DNA of 32,159 bases, from NCBI GenBank assembly GCA_963976765.1, contig CAXBME010000050.1:1-32159 (forward strand), written 5' to 3'. The notes under the pieces are model-generated. The model was not told the DNA's origin. It saw nothing but the letters and a program-made list of their open reading frames with translations, and did no database searches. Below, in pieces: positions 1 through 9,892 of this stretch. This DNA is from an uncultured Planctomycetaceae bacterium. Lineage in GTDB: Bacteria; Planctomycetota; Planctomycetia; Planctomycetales; Planctomycetaceae. A program made the translations under genes and the position numbers. Numbering within the stretch: position 1 is the stretch's first letter; every line of letters starts with the position of its first letter.

Positions 1-133
1 CAGGATACGCCACCTTCCTCCAATCTCTCACGCCACGACTTCTGACAGTAACTCCCTGAGTCGTCAGAATCTTAATACTCAGGTATCGCAGAACCGACTT
101 TCCGTTCTAACGAAAAAGCGTGCCGAGCCTCGA

Positions 134-1642
134 TTGCCAACACCAGCTTCATCCCGGCCTCGGTTTGAAATGCGAGGGCAGCTTTTCGACCTGCATCCCA
201 GGACAGCGAATCAAGAAACTACTGCTGAGCGAGCAACCACCCCGTCGATAACTCAGCCGGGGACAGCGGGTTCCGTTCCTGACGCGAAACGGTCGTCTTC
301 TGCGAGATCCGCTCCCGATACCCTGCAAAAGTCGTTAGCAGACTTTTTCTGGTCAGAGATTCCGTTCTCGAAGGCGGCTGATCTCGCGAAGCATCTGAAG
401 CACGACGAGCTTGCTCAGCTTGAATTGCTGAGCGTCGAGCAGTTGAATCATTGGCAGGAAGAAATTCAACATCTGGTGAAGAATCAATGCAGGACGGCAA
501 TTGAGTTGCGTGCTGATGGTCCCAGTGTGGGCTCCGCGCGTCAGGCTTCAGTTGAAGCGAAGCTGGCAGAATTGCTCGATGACTGTGGCGGCGTATTCAT
601 AATGTTTCCGCCGGTCGTGACTGCTTCTGCGAGACCGCTCGCTGCCCGGGTAGTATACGACAAGCTGCACTCGGCATTGCGTCGAGCCTGTGATCAGTTG
701 GCTTCACGCTTCGTTAGCTGGCTGAATGATATGCGTGACAAAAACCTTGTCGGGACCATTCATTGGACAACGAAATCAGACTGCAAACTCGACTTCTTCA
801 GGCACGTCGTCATTCACGAATCAGAGGCGACCGTCACTCGAACCAGTGAACGGGTTAATGACGACTCGCGTTCCTTCTTGAGGGTTCGTGAAACGGAATC
901 GGCGCACATCTCAGACAAGCACTGTCTCGCTAAGCACGAGCATCATGTGACGCAGGCTGTAGCTCACAAACTTGAGGAGAACTGGCATCCTGTTCCTTTG
1001 CAGTTTCAACCACTACTTGATGCCATACCGTCATGGCTGTGCCCACATGTGAGGATTCTTGAGGGGCACCAGTATCTCGAACGTGTCTTCGTCCAAAACC
1101 TGCGTCAGCGAGAGTGGCAGACAGAGCCCATTGTTCGCCGCGAATTCGAAGCAGAGCCTGCCATCCTCATTGGTTCGTACGTTCTGGCCGGCTGGGGTCA
1201 GGCTGAGCTTGATCGTGAGAAACAGCGTCTGAACTCGATCGAGTTCGAAGCGGAGAAGGCAAAGATTGTCCGCGCCGCGCGTCGGTGGATGATCGCCTCT
1301 GCGGTCCTGACGCTTCCATTCATGGTCGCTGCTGTTTTGGCAATCGCGTTCAGTCGAACAGCTCCTCAAATGCTGGTGCCGCTGGGTGGGGTATTGACAT
1401 TGCTTGCGGCTGGTGCGGCTGCTCTTTCGCTGGCAGGCGCAATCCTTTCGCGATCTCTGGTGAATGATGGCATGTTCATTGCTGCTGGATCACTTTGCGT
1501 CGTCTTCGTAACGGCGGTCCTGCAACTGTTGTTGTACTGGTTTCTCTACAGCGCATGGTCGGCAATACCGGTTGCTGCGATTGCGGCTCTGATGACTGTT
1601 CTGGCTTTTGCGATTGCTCGATGTCGATGGTCGAATCAATGA
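134..1642 (+). CDS. Hypothetical membrane protein with a soluble N-terminal region and about 4 C-terminal TM helices
   Basis: 502-aa ORF with a strongly hydrophobic C-terminal ~115 aa. Its stop overlaps the next ATG (ATGA 1639-1642). The start is uncertain (TTG 134 or ATG 170). Confidence 0.75.
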   Translation: MPTPASSRPRFEMRGQLFDLHPRTANQETTAERATTPSITQPGTAGSVPDAKRSSSARSAPDTLQKSLADFFWSEIPFSKAADLAKHLKHDELAQLELLSVEQLNHWQEEIQHLVKNQCRTAIELRADGPSVGSARQASVEAKLAELLDDCGGVFIMFPPVVTASARPLAARVVYDKLHSALRRACDQLASRFVSWLNDMRDKNLVGTIHWTTKSDCKLDFFRHVVIHESEATVTRTSERVNDDSRSFLRVRETESAHISDKHCLAKHEHHVTQAVAHKLEENWHPVPLQFQPLLDAIPSWLCPHVRILEGHQYLERVFVQNLRQREWQTEPIVRREFEAEPAILIGSYVLAGWGQAELDREKQRLNSIEFEAEKAKIVRAARRWMIASAVLTLPFMVAAVLAIAFSRTAPQMLVPLGGVLTLLAAGAAALSLAGAILSRSLVNDGMFIAAGSLCVVFVTAVLQLLLYWFLYSAWSAIPVAAIAALMTVLAFAIARCRWSNQ

Positions 1643-2967
1643 CCTCAGTTCAGTCAGGTGGGCATGCCGTTTCTGCTCGGTCGAACCGATTGCCAATGTC
1701 CGGCATTGTCGTCTATGCGCTTGTATGGTTATTCATTCTCGCGGGCTTCGCTTCAGTCGCGTGGTTCTGGATTGTTGGCCCATTGTTGAGGCACGCTGAT
1801 TCTATCGCGTCTGATTCACAAATCACTGACGAGCCGCTTGTCGAAGCGCCTACTCATCAACCCAAACAGCCGATCGTTCCTTTGCATGCCGTGAGAAAAC
1901 CGCTGGTTTCCTCAGATGAAGTCGAGCTTCTCGGACAGCAAGCCGCAGACCGATCACGTCGGATCGCGATCGAGTCAGACCTGAAGAGAATTGCAGCAAG
2001 ACTGAATGAGATCGATGACCTCGACTCCAGGTGGAAAAACAACATAGCCCGGCTATCAAGTGCAGAAGACGGACAGCGAATTGCAGGCAGTCCCGTTCAG
2101 CTTGAACGATATGCACTCCTGCTCAAACGTAAGAGTCCCGTCGAAGCGGGGCCGAACGTACAGAGAGAACGCCTTCAGGCACAGCAGACCGCCCTTTCGG
2201 CCGCCGGTGAAGACGCGATTCTTGCTCGAACGCCGAACTCAGTTGAAGCCCTCGACAGGCTGCGAAGTGAGTCCGCCCAACTGGTCGAATTTTTCCGCGA
2301 GCGGGAACGCATGCTCGATGCCGTCATCGAAGATTCGCGGACAATTCCCCCTGCAGTCAGCTCGTTGAGTGAATCGCTTGCTGCGTTTCTCGCCGAACGT
2401 GATTCTGAAACGGATCAACTCATCACGCAGCTAATTGCTGAAGCAAAGCAGGAAGCCACCATGTCAGTGGTGACAGCAGAGCAGATGAAGAAACAGGCCG
2501 AAATTGACTTGAGCAATGCCCGCCTCCGCCTTGCCGAAAGCCAGTTTCCAGTTCCTGCTGATTCCACTGACGCTGCCTCTTCTGTCCGCCGTGTAACGCG
2601 TACCGAGTTTCAGGCGGAACTTCCTACAATCCGGCAATTGTTGTCGCCGTTCATTTCCCCCGGATACGTCCAACCGGTGACGTCAATCGAGTTTCGACCA
2701 TCAACCGAAAAGACCCCCGTGTCATTGTCGGTGCTGAAACAGTTGGGGGCGCTCGATCCGGATGACGAGGGGCTACTGGCATTACTCCGCATCGGTGGTT
2801 CGCGTCAGGAAGGCCGGGCAAACGACCGACCGCTCGGAAGCTTTCCACAGTTTCACTCAGAATTGGATATCAGAAAATCGCGGGTTCGTGCTGCCGTTGC
2901 CAGAGCACAAACGCTGCTTCGGATGTACGGTGAATTCATGGTCGAAGATGGACTTCTAATTCGGTAG
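1639..2967 (+). CDS. Hypothetical protein: N-terminal TM anchor, coiled-coil region, conserved C-terminal 'LLSPFISPG' domain (paralogue of next gene)
   Basis: Start moved to ATG 1639 because of the ATGA overlap. TM segment IVVYALVWLFILAGFASVAWFWIV. The C-terminus aligns by eye with 2974..4041. Confidence 0.8.
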   Translation: MTSVQSGGHAVSARSNRLPMSGIVVYALVWLFILAGFASVAWFWIVGPLLRHADSIASDSQITDEPLVEAPTHQPKQPIVPLHAVRKPLVSSDEVELLGQQAADRSRRIAIESDLKRIAARLNEIDDLDSRWKNNIARLSSAEDGQRIAGSPVQLERYALLLKRKSPVEAGPNVQRERLQAQQTALSAAGEDAILARTPNSVEALDRLRSESAQLVEFFRERERMLDAVIEDSRTIPPAVSSLSESLAAFLAERDSETDQLITQLIAEAKQEATMSVVTAEQMKKQAEIDLSNARLRLAESQFPVPADSTDAASSVRRVTRTEFQAELPTIRQLLSPFISPGYVQPVTSIEFRPSTEKTPVSLSVLKQLGALDPDDEGLLALLRIGGSRQEGRANDRPLGSFPQFHSELDIRKSRVRAAVARAQTLLRMYGEFMVEDGLLIR

Positions 2968-2973
2968 TCAGCA

Positions 2974-4041
2974 ATGTCGAGTGATCTGCAGCAACCTGAT
3001 CCAGCAACGAAAAATCGCTGGCAGAACCGTCTTCAGGCAATTGGATTGATGCTTCTTTTGGGAGCGGTCATTGGGATTGTGCGGTGGTTTGTTGCTGACA
3101 CTGTTCGATACAGCGGTGAGACGCTGCCGGATACGGTCATCACGAGTGCCCTCTTACGAAACAACGATCTCTCAACGACTCCCTTGGTCAAGCCCTGGGC
3201 TTCCCGATCGAACGAAGTACTGGCTGCTATCGACATGATTGGGTCGAAACATCCGCAACAGACAGCCGAGCTACGCGAACGACTTGCGGTGATTTCCGAA
3301 TTCATCAAAGAAAATGAACAATCGCTACCGGATGTCTTCGACCACAAATCGGAAGTGGCTCAGGAGTTAACTCAGCTGCATTGGGAAGCAACGAATCTAC
3401 TGTCGGCAAACACCGATGACTCTGCGGACAAAGCCTCAACGGCAGAGGTGCTGGCCCGACTCGACGACGAGGTTCTCGCACACGCCCAGGTGCGGGAGAA
3501 ACACATTAACGAGCAGGTGCAACGCGAGACGAAGCCTCACCTCGAAGAAACTCGACGCGTGCGGGAGAAGCTTCAGCGTGACACTTGCGATCTGGAAGAT
3601 GAGATCGCAGCGGTCACAAGTTCGAGAGAACGAATCGTCGATGAACGAGACCGAGCCGAAGACCGAACAACTCGCGTGACGGCTCTCAGCCGTGACCTAT
3701 CTGAGATTCGCCGTTTGCTGAGTCCGTTCATTTCTCCCGGCCACACACAGCCCAATAGAACGGCAATTGACTGGCCCACAACCATCGAGAAGGCACCGGT
3801 TTCACTCAGCGGACTGAAGAGAGTTGGCGCCCTTCAGCCAACAATGAAGGGGCTGCAGGACTTGATGGTCTGCGGCAGCATGATGGCACCCGGCTCATCG
3901 GGCGAGCGACCTCTTGGATCGTTTCCCGATTACGACAAATATCTGACATCGCCGCAGAATCTCGCCCTGGTCAAGCGAGCTCAGGAACTCCTTCGGACAC
4001 ACGGACAAACACTCGTCGAAGAACGTCTCCTGAGCCCGTGA
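2974..4041 (+). CDS. Hypothetical protein: N-terminal TM anchor, coiled-coil region, conserved C-terminal 'LLSPFISPG' domain
   Basis: 355-aa ORF 6 nt after the previous stop. TM AIGLMLLLGAVIGIV. Shares LLSPFISPG, EKxPVSLSxLKxxGAL, RPLGSFP and RAQxLLR with the previous gene. Confidence 0.8.
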   Translation: MSSDLQQPDPATKNRWQNRLQAIGLMLLLGAVIGIVRWFVADTVRYSGETLPDTVITSALLRNNDLSTTPLVKPWASRSNEVLAAIDMIGSKHPQQTAELRERLAVISEFIKENEQSLPDVFDHKSEVAQELTQLHWEATNLLSANTDDSADKASTAEVLARLDDEVLAHAQVREKHINEQVQRETKPHLEETRRVREKLQRDTCDLEDEIAAVTSSRERIVDERDRAEDRTTRVTALSRDLSEIRRLLSPFISPGHTQPNRTAIDWPTTIEKAPVSLSGLKRVGALQPTMKGLQDLMVCGSMMAPGSSGERPLGSFPDYDKYLTSPQNLALVKRAQELLRTHGQTLVEERLLSP

Positions 4042-4066
4042 AGATTGTGTCATCGGGATCCGCCGC

Positions 4067-7000
4067 ATGAGCTGGCCTGCATCGAAAGTCGTAAGGAAAG
4101 GGGACGGCGTGAGCAGCTACTGGGAACATGCAGAAAAGTTCAAACGCCGCCGTCGAATCTGGTCGGCGATCTCCGCGATCCTGACTGTTGCAATTACAGC
4201 ATTTTATCTGTCGCGTCGTCCGTTTCCGGAGCCTCGGTCGATGGAGAAGATCACTGAAGACCGACTCCGCATGTTTGGGCAGGTTGACAAGACTACCCAA
4301 ACAACGACGGAGACAACCGCGAGTCACTTAACAGACATTGATGTCACATCAGTGGTACCAACTCAGATAACTTCCGTCTCCGCCATCGAAGAACCTACGA
4401 TTAAAGCATCAGATCTGGAAACTCGCTTGGAATCCGACTGCACCAGCGATCCAGTTCGATCGGTTCCTGTGCCAATCGCAACAAACGAGGAGTCAAATGC
4501 GGTAACTGCCGAGGCAGCGGTCCGGGCGGCCGAAGAGGCGGCCAAGGAACTACAGCGACTCCGCGAAGCGGTTGATCGAGCACGAAAAGCGTATCAGGCT
4601 GAAGTGGCACGTCACGAACAGAAGTTGCTTGACGAGTTCGGTGGACCGGATTGGGCGGCTGTTCGTCAGCAGGTGGAACTTGCTGAGGCTGCGGAACAAC
4701 CCCAGGTCGCCGTCGAACGATTCAACAAAGCCATCGCTCTTCTGAAGGATGCGATCCCCGGCATTCTTACCCGGCAGACGTTCGCGTCACTGGACGCGAA
4801 GGAATTCCGAACTGCGTTTGAGCAACTTCGCCAACTGCGTCGGAGTTTCCCGGATCATGCAGGGCTCGAAGAGATTCGTAACCGCGTTGCGAATCTGCCG
4901 TCTGCCGTCTGATGTCTGGAAGGAACTTGCTCGACAGGAAGCCGAACGTGCAGCGCCAGACGATCCCGGGTTTGCGGAGATGTGGCTGGTTGTTGCTCGC
5001 GTGGACGAAATCCGAGGGCGAGTTGCGGAATCACGCGACTCCATTCGTCAAGCCTGGGAATCCGTCGAACGAATGACCAGGCCGGAAAGGGCCATTGAAT
5101 CAGGTATCGACCTGATCGACGACCAGCGGATCAGAGCCGACACGACTGGAATTAGCGAGCGATTTACCACCGTAATCTCAATATGCGACGCTGTGTCCGA
5201 CGGCATTCAGCGATCCGAATATCTTGCAGATCTGGCCGGGCTGGCCAAAGCACTCGGCAATCAACGTCTCTACGAGGAAACGCTGGCGAAGTCGCTGGAA
5301 TCGTGTAACCCGCGAAAAGAGCGTCGCAACAACAACGCCGATATCATGCGCTGTCGTGCAATGTCCTGGTCATCAGATCCGACTGAGATCATCGCCATTT
5401 GCGAGACTCTTCCGACATACACGGGGTCGCGTGGATTCACTCCCTTTGAATTAAACGCGATGGGCTACGCGTATGCCGCACTGGCGGCTGCTCGAAGACA
5501 TGACCGCTCCGCATTCGGACTCTCGGCATTGCACGCGGAGTCCCAGCTTGCATGCGTCAATACGCAACAGAACGTCTATCAGGTCGCGCGGCTGATCCTC
5601 GCCCGCGCAGATATGGAGGATCGACAATGGCAGCGAGCTGTGATTACCGGTCGAAACCTGACTGATTCGGAGTGGCAGGGGAGCGTGTTCTTCTCAGTCA
5701 TGGCGGGATCGCCGCAGTTGCTTGCCCCCGAAGCGGTTGAAACTGCCATCAAACGCCAGTCGGATTCGCGGTACTCCGTCACTGGAGTCGCTGCCCTGAC
5801 GTTGCACCGGCTGCGTATGGGCAGTTCCCCATCCGAACTGGTTGAATGGGTCGATGCGCTACCTCGGTCATCTCTGAAGGTTGGAGCGTTCTCTGCATTC
5901 GCTCACGCATTTCACGTCGGACTTCCGGATCGACCTGAGGCCGAGCCCAGGCCAATCCCCGACGACGCAGCCCTGATTGAACGGAATGGAGAAGATTTCA
6001 GGTCGCTCGTTGAGGCAGCAGAAGAAACAGCACGCAGAATGTTGGATCCGCTTCAGCGTGTCTGGTCCTGGCAATTGATCGCGCAGACCTGGAATCTCGC
6101 TGAAAAGGAAGCCAGTTATCAGCGAGCGTGTTCCGAAGTGAAATCGGCATGCCGCGACGCATGGACCCCGATCTGGAAAGATCAGCCAGAACCACGCAGC
6201 GGAATCGGTGCAAAGAACTGGTATGCGAATCGCGCCGACTACTACTTCGACCGAAGCAGCAGTGATCAACGAAGCGAGACCGAGGCCGTCGTCCGCATCT
6301 GCGAGTGCCTTGTTTCACTGGCGGAACTTCAAAGCCGCCTTGGAGACAGTGAGCAGTCTGTCGAAACCTGTATTGATGCGGCCAGAGCATCTCACGTCTG
6401 CACCGACGCCGTGGCGAAACGAGGGTTCTTCCTGCGCATGCAGGCAGTTCTCTCAAAGGCCGAGCATCAAACTCTAATTCCGTCACGTACACTGCAACTC
6501 GACCTCTACACCCGCGATCTGACATACCCGTCGTGCCTGCTGGCTGCATGGTCAGAAGATTCCACCGGGTTGACGAAGCTGCTGACTGTACTTGAACAGG
6601 AACGACCGTTTGGCCGTGAGAAGGACGACCAGGTATCCCGCGTTTCCGCCGAACTGGCTCTGCTGATGGCGAAGCAGGGAGACGTGGCGGCTTATCGCAC
6701 CGCTCGTCGAAAGTCACTCAGTCTCATCGACACGAAAGGAGCACAACCACAAATCAAACTGCTCCTTGCAGAAGCCGATGCACGGGCAGGCGAGTTCGTG
6801 CTCGCTGAGAACACGCTCGTTGGTAGCTCACTGGTCTGGTACGGCCCAGCTGACCGTCCGCGATCTGCCATCATCGCAGGGCTGGCAGCCGCAGGGCGCT
6901 GGGAGAATGCCGCGAAGAAGCTCGATCAAGTTTCAAGTTCCCAGCCAAGGTGGCGATTGGATGCGGCATTTGCCATTGCCACAGCTCGTTGCAAAGTCGA

Positions 7001-7094
7001 GCCAGTACAAGCCACACTCGACTGGATTCAATCGCTCGAATTGCCGCTGGACCGAGTTGCCGGATTTTGCGGATTGGCAACGGCGAGACATTGA
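4067..7094 (+). pseudogene. Frameshifted gene for a ~1006-aa membrane-anchored helical-repeat (TPR-like) protein, seen as ORFs 4067..4912 and 4749..7094
   Basis: Removing one copy of TCTGCCG (4894-4907) joins the ORFs in frame (...RVANLPS-DVWKELARQEA...). The N-part has a TM and coiled coil; the C-part is Ala/Leu-rich and helical. Could be an assembly error or two separate genes. Confidence 0.65.
4894..4907 (+). repeat. 7-bp tandem duplication (TCTGCCG)x2 at the frameshift site
   Basis: The sequence reads gaa TCTGCCG TCTGCCG TCTGATG. Confidence 0.9.
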
Positions 7095-7385
7095 AGTTGG
7101 CGGCAACCGGTTGAGTTCTACCGTCAACTGCTCCACTGTCCCCACAATGCCCCTGCACCAGAGTAAAGTTCGCATTCAATCAGGCCAACACCCAACGTAT
7201 CAGCGCTGTCACCATATACGATTTAGTGACGACAAGACACGTTCCCATCCAGCTTGGTGGGCTCATTTGAGAACCAACGTCGCTTCGATGGCCTGCTGAT
7301 TCATGATGTCGTCTGATAGGAATCTGAAACACCCGCTAGTGGTCAGCCACTGCTGGATCCCGACAACACAAGGCTGAGCGTCCTT

Positions 7386-7982
7386 CTATTGATGAAACTG
7401 AGTTGTGGCTGACGACGTATCCAGTAATCCGGCTTGTAGCAGGCATGTTTGCCTCGTGGGAAGCGCGGAAGTATAGAATTGCCTTACTACGCTACGTGAT
7501 GCGAGTTTGCGGTCAATTTGAGGACGGCGTTCGATGAGGTACTGCTCGCTGAATGCAGGCGTGAGTCTCTGCGAGTGGATGAGCCATGCGAGTGCTACTG
7601 TGGCACTGCGACCTCGGCCGGCTTTGCAGTGGCAGTAGACGCGGCGGCCCTCTGCGGCGAAGCGGGAGATGAAGTCGACGCCGCTGCGGACGGCGTGGAT
7701 GTCTGGAGACGTGAAGTCCGGAGTTGGCAGGTGGAGTTGCTTGATACCCGAGTTGTCGTAATGCGATGCGAAGCCATTCCACTCGGCGCACATGTTGATG
7801 ACTCCGCCGACCTGCAGGTCTGAGAACTGCGAGAGTTCTCGACGGGTTGGCAACGCGCCGAGAATCAACGTGTCGTCAATCGCCGTCCAGTGGTCTTCTA
7901 CTCTCAGACCTCGCGTCTTCAGCAGTGTCCAATACAGAGTCGGACGAAACAACAGGCGGCTCATCAGTGGTGTCGGCTTCAT
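7386..7982 (-). CDS. Dual-specificity phosphatase, PTPMT1-like (phosphatidylglycerophosphatase family)
   Basis: CX5R loop HCKAGRGRSAT. The N-terminus RLLFRPTL...WTAIDDTLILGALP matches my recollection of the PTPMT1 pattern. Start set at ATG 7982 to avoid overlap with the upstream gene. Confidence 0.85.
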   Translation of the reverse strand: MKPTPLMSRLLFRPTLYWTLLKTRGLRVEDHWTAIDDTLILGALPTRRELSQFSDLQVGGVINMCAEWNGFASHYDNSGIKQLHLPTPDFTSPDIHAVRSGVDFISRFAAEGRRVYCHCKAGRGRSATVALAWLIHSQRLTPAFSEQYLIERRPQIDRKLASRSVVRQFYTSALPTRQTCLLQAGLLDTSSATTQFHQ

Positions 7983-8022
7983 CGGGGCGTTCTCTACGGA
8001 TGCAGCTTCATCGCGGCAGCGG

Positions 8023-9846
8023 TTATGTGTCTGCGGCTTCACTTCCTGGAGCGTCACGCGGCTGATCGGAGGTCGCGGAAGCCTGACTCGACTCGGATGG
8101 CTGCGCACCGGGTGGGCCGAGGTCGATCAACATTGTGTCACCATGTTCTTCGAGGACTTCGTACTTCTGACGCAGTTCCAATTCGAATCCGGGCACCGGA
8201 TCGAGAAGGGCTCGTTCGGCAACGAAGTACCGGGCTCCGCGGCGGTGGTAGTCGTGCAGTCGAGCGATTGACTGGTCGCCGTTGTGCAGGATGAATCCTT
8301 TGCGGTCCATCCAGAAGAAGTAGTACGGCGGGTCGGCGGCACGCAGCAGTCCGTGCTGATCCACTTCGCTGGCTCCGCCGACAACGATCAGGTCTTCGCC
8401 GTTGGTAAGACGCGAGAAGTCGACTGCGGTCTGAAATGTGCCCGCAAGGTCATTCGGATTCGCGTCTCGGTAAATCACGCCGATTTCGGCCACGAGGATG
8501 GTGATGAATCCGGTGGCAAGCAGCTTTCGACACGGAACGAGGTAACCAGGACGAATCAGTAATCGGCCTGACTTCAGCGAGTTTTCAAAGTCGACAACCA
8601 GCCCGGCGACGGCCGCGGTCGCACCGATGAACAGTGCGATCCGGGACAGCGGCCCAATCATCCCCGCGTTGACGTCGCCAGCGACGAAACTCACGTTGGC
8701 AGCAATCACCACACTGACGATCAGTTTGCGGTTGACCAGGACGTGAGTGAGGTAACTTTCGGTGTAGCCGAGACCGATTAACATGGCGGCCAGAGGTGTG
8801 CTGACGATGTGGTAGTACGCGGCCCAGTTCTCACCAGTTGTGCGACCCGTGACGACGAAGAACGCAGCGAGTGCCAGCGTCCAGTATCCAAGTGGCCTCG
8901 CCGTGTCAGAACGACGGGTGGCCCGCAGACCGAGCATGCCGAAGAACAGTCCCAGTCCCATCCAGATGTGAGCGGACTCGATCGAGATGACTCCCGGGAT
9001 GGTCTCCCAGAGGGTCATCAGGAAGTTGCCGGTCGAAATGCGGTGGTACGCTTCGTTTGAGATACCCAGCGAGTTGCCGTATTCCAGCCAGAGCGAATGA
9101 GCGTGCCAGTACCACGCCAGCGGTACTCCCAGCGAGACGACACCGAAGAGCCAGATGTCACGGCGCCGAAAGACGCTCGTCCCGAACTTCTGAAGGCACA
9201 GGCAGGCGAACAGGATGCCGACATGAGCGGCCGGGACTTTTGCGAGAATTGCGAGAGTCGTTGCCAGCAGTGCGACGACGTAATCGCGCTTCCGCTCATG
9301 GCCGATCCATCGAATGAAGGCATCGATCGCCAGCAGGTAGGCAAAGAACATGAGCGGTTCGGGCTGAATGGCTGAAGCCATCTGGACGGCCATTGGGCTC
9401 AGAGCGAACACGGCCCACGCGGGAATGATGGCAGATCGTGGAAGCAGTCGTTTGGCGAGTCGCAGGAAGATCAGACAGCTTCCGAGCGACAACAGATACG
9501 AGATGACTCGCAGAATCTCTTCGTGGTAGCCGAAGACGTGATACAGACACGCGGCCGTCCACGGGAACAGCGGGAACTCGGACTCGACGTATCCCGGCCC
9601 ATCGCCCCGCCAGTCAATGCGCGGCAGCAGGATGTTCATGTCCTCGCGATAGAAGTTTCGGGCGATCGCGCCGGTATCGGTTTCACGCCAGGACTGCCGG
9701 ACGGAGCCGTCAATCGGACGCCAGACATCGATCGCTCGGACACAGGCAGCAACCACAAACAGAGCGATGATTGTGCGACGGAACCACGCACTCTGGGGTG
9801 GGCCAGGCTGTTCCTCAGATGTTCCCAGTGAAGATGAGTCGGTCAT
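8023..9846 (-). CDS. ArnT/PMT-like (GT-C) integral membrane glycosyltransferase
   Basis: 607-aa polytopic protein with an early loop WRETDTGAIARNF...ESEFPLF, many TM helices, LAILAK and a soluble C-terminal domain. Confidence 0.85.
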   Translation of the reverse strand: MTDSSSLGTSEEQPGPPQSAWFRRTIIALFVVAACVRAIDVWRPIDGSVRQSWRETDTGAIARNFYREDMNILLPRIDWRGDGPGYVESEFPLFPWTAACLYHVFGYHEEILRVISYLLSLGSCLIFLRLAKRLLPRSAIIPAWAVFALSPMAVQMASAIQPEPLMFFAYLLAIDAFIRWIGHERKRDYVVALLATTLAILAKVPAAHVGILFACLCLQKFGTSVFRRRDIWLFGVVSLGVPLAWYWHAHSLWLEYGNSLGISNEAYHRISTGNFLMTLWETIPGVISIESAHIWMGLGLFFGMLGLRATRRSDTARPLGYWTLALAAFFVVTGRTTGENWAAYYHIVSTPLAAMLIGLGYTESYLTHVLVNRKLIVSVVIAANVSFVAGDVNAGMIGPLSRIALFIGATAAVAGLVVDFENSLKSGRLLIRPGYLVPCRKLLATGFITILVAEIGVIYRDANPNDLAGTFQTAVDFSRLTNGEDLIVVGGASEVDQHGLLRAADPPYYFFWMDRKGFILHNGDQSIARLHDYHRRGARYFVAERALLDPVPGFELELRQKYEVLEEHGDTMLIDLGPPGAQPSESSQASATSDQPRDAPGSEAADT

Positions 9847-9892
9847 TAAAGAGAGCCCTTGAACACACGATGCGATTACCTGGTAAATTCAA

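Noticed and set aside
1495..1638. Cys-rich N-terminal extension (GCCDCGSDDCSGFCDC) of the 490-aa ORF
   Set aside because: It is an alternate-frame reading of the upstream gene's Ala-rich TM codons; the ATGA overlap at 1639 is the better start.
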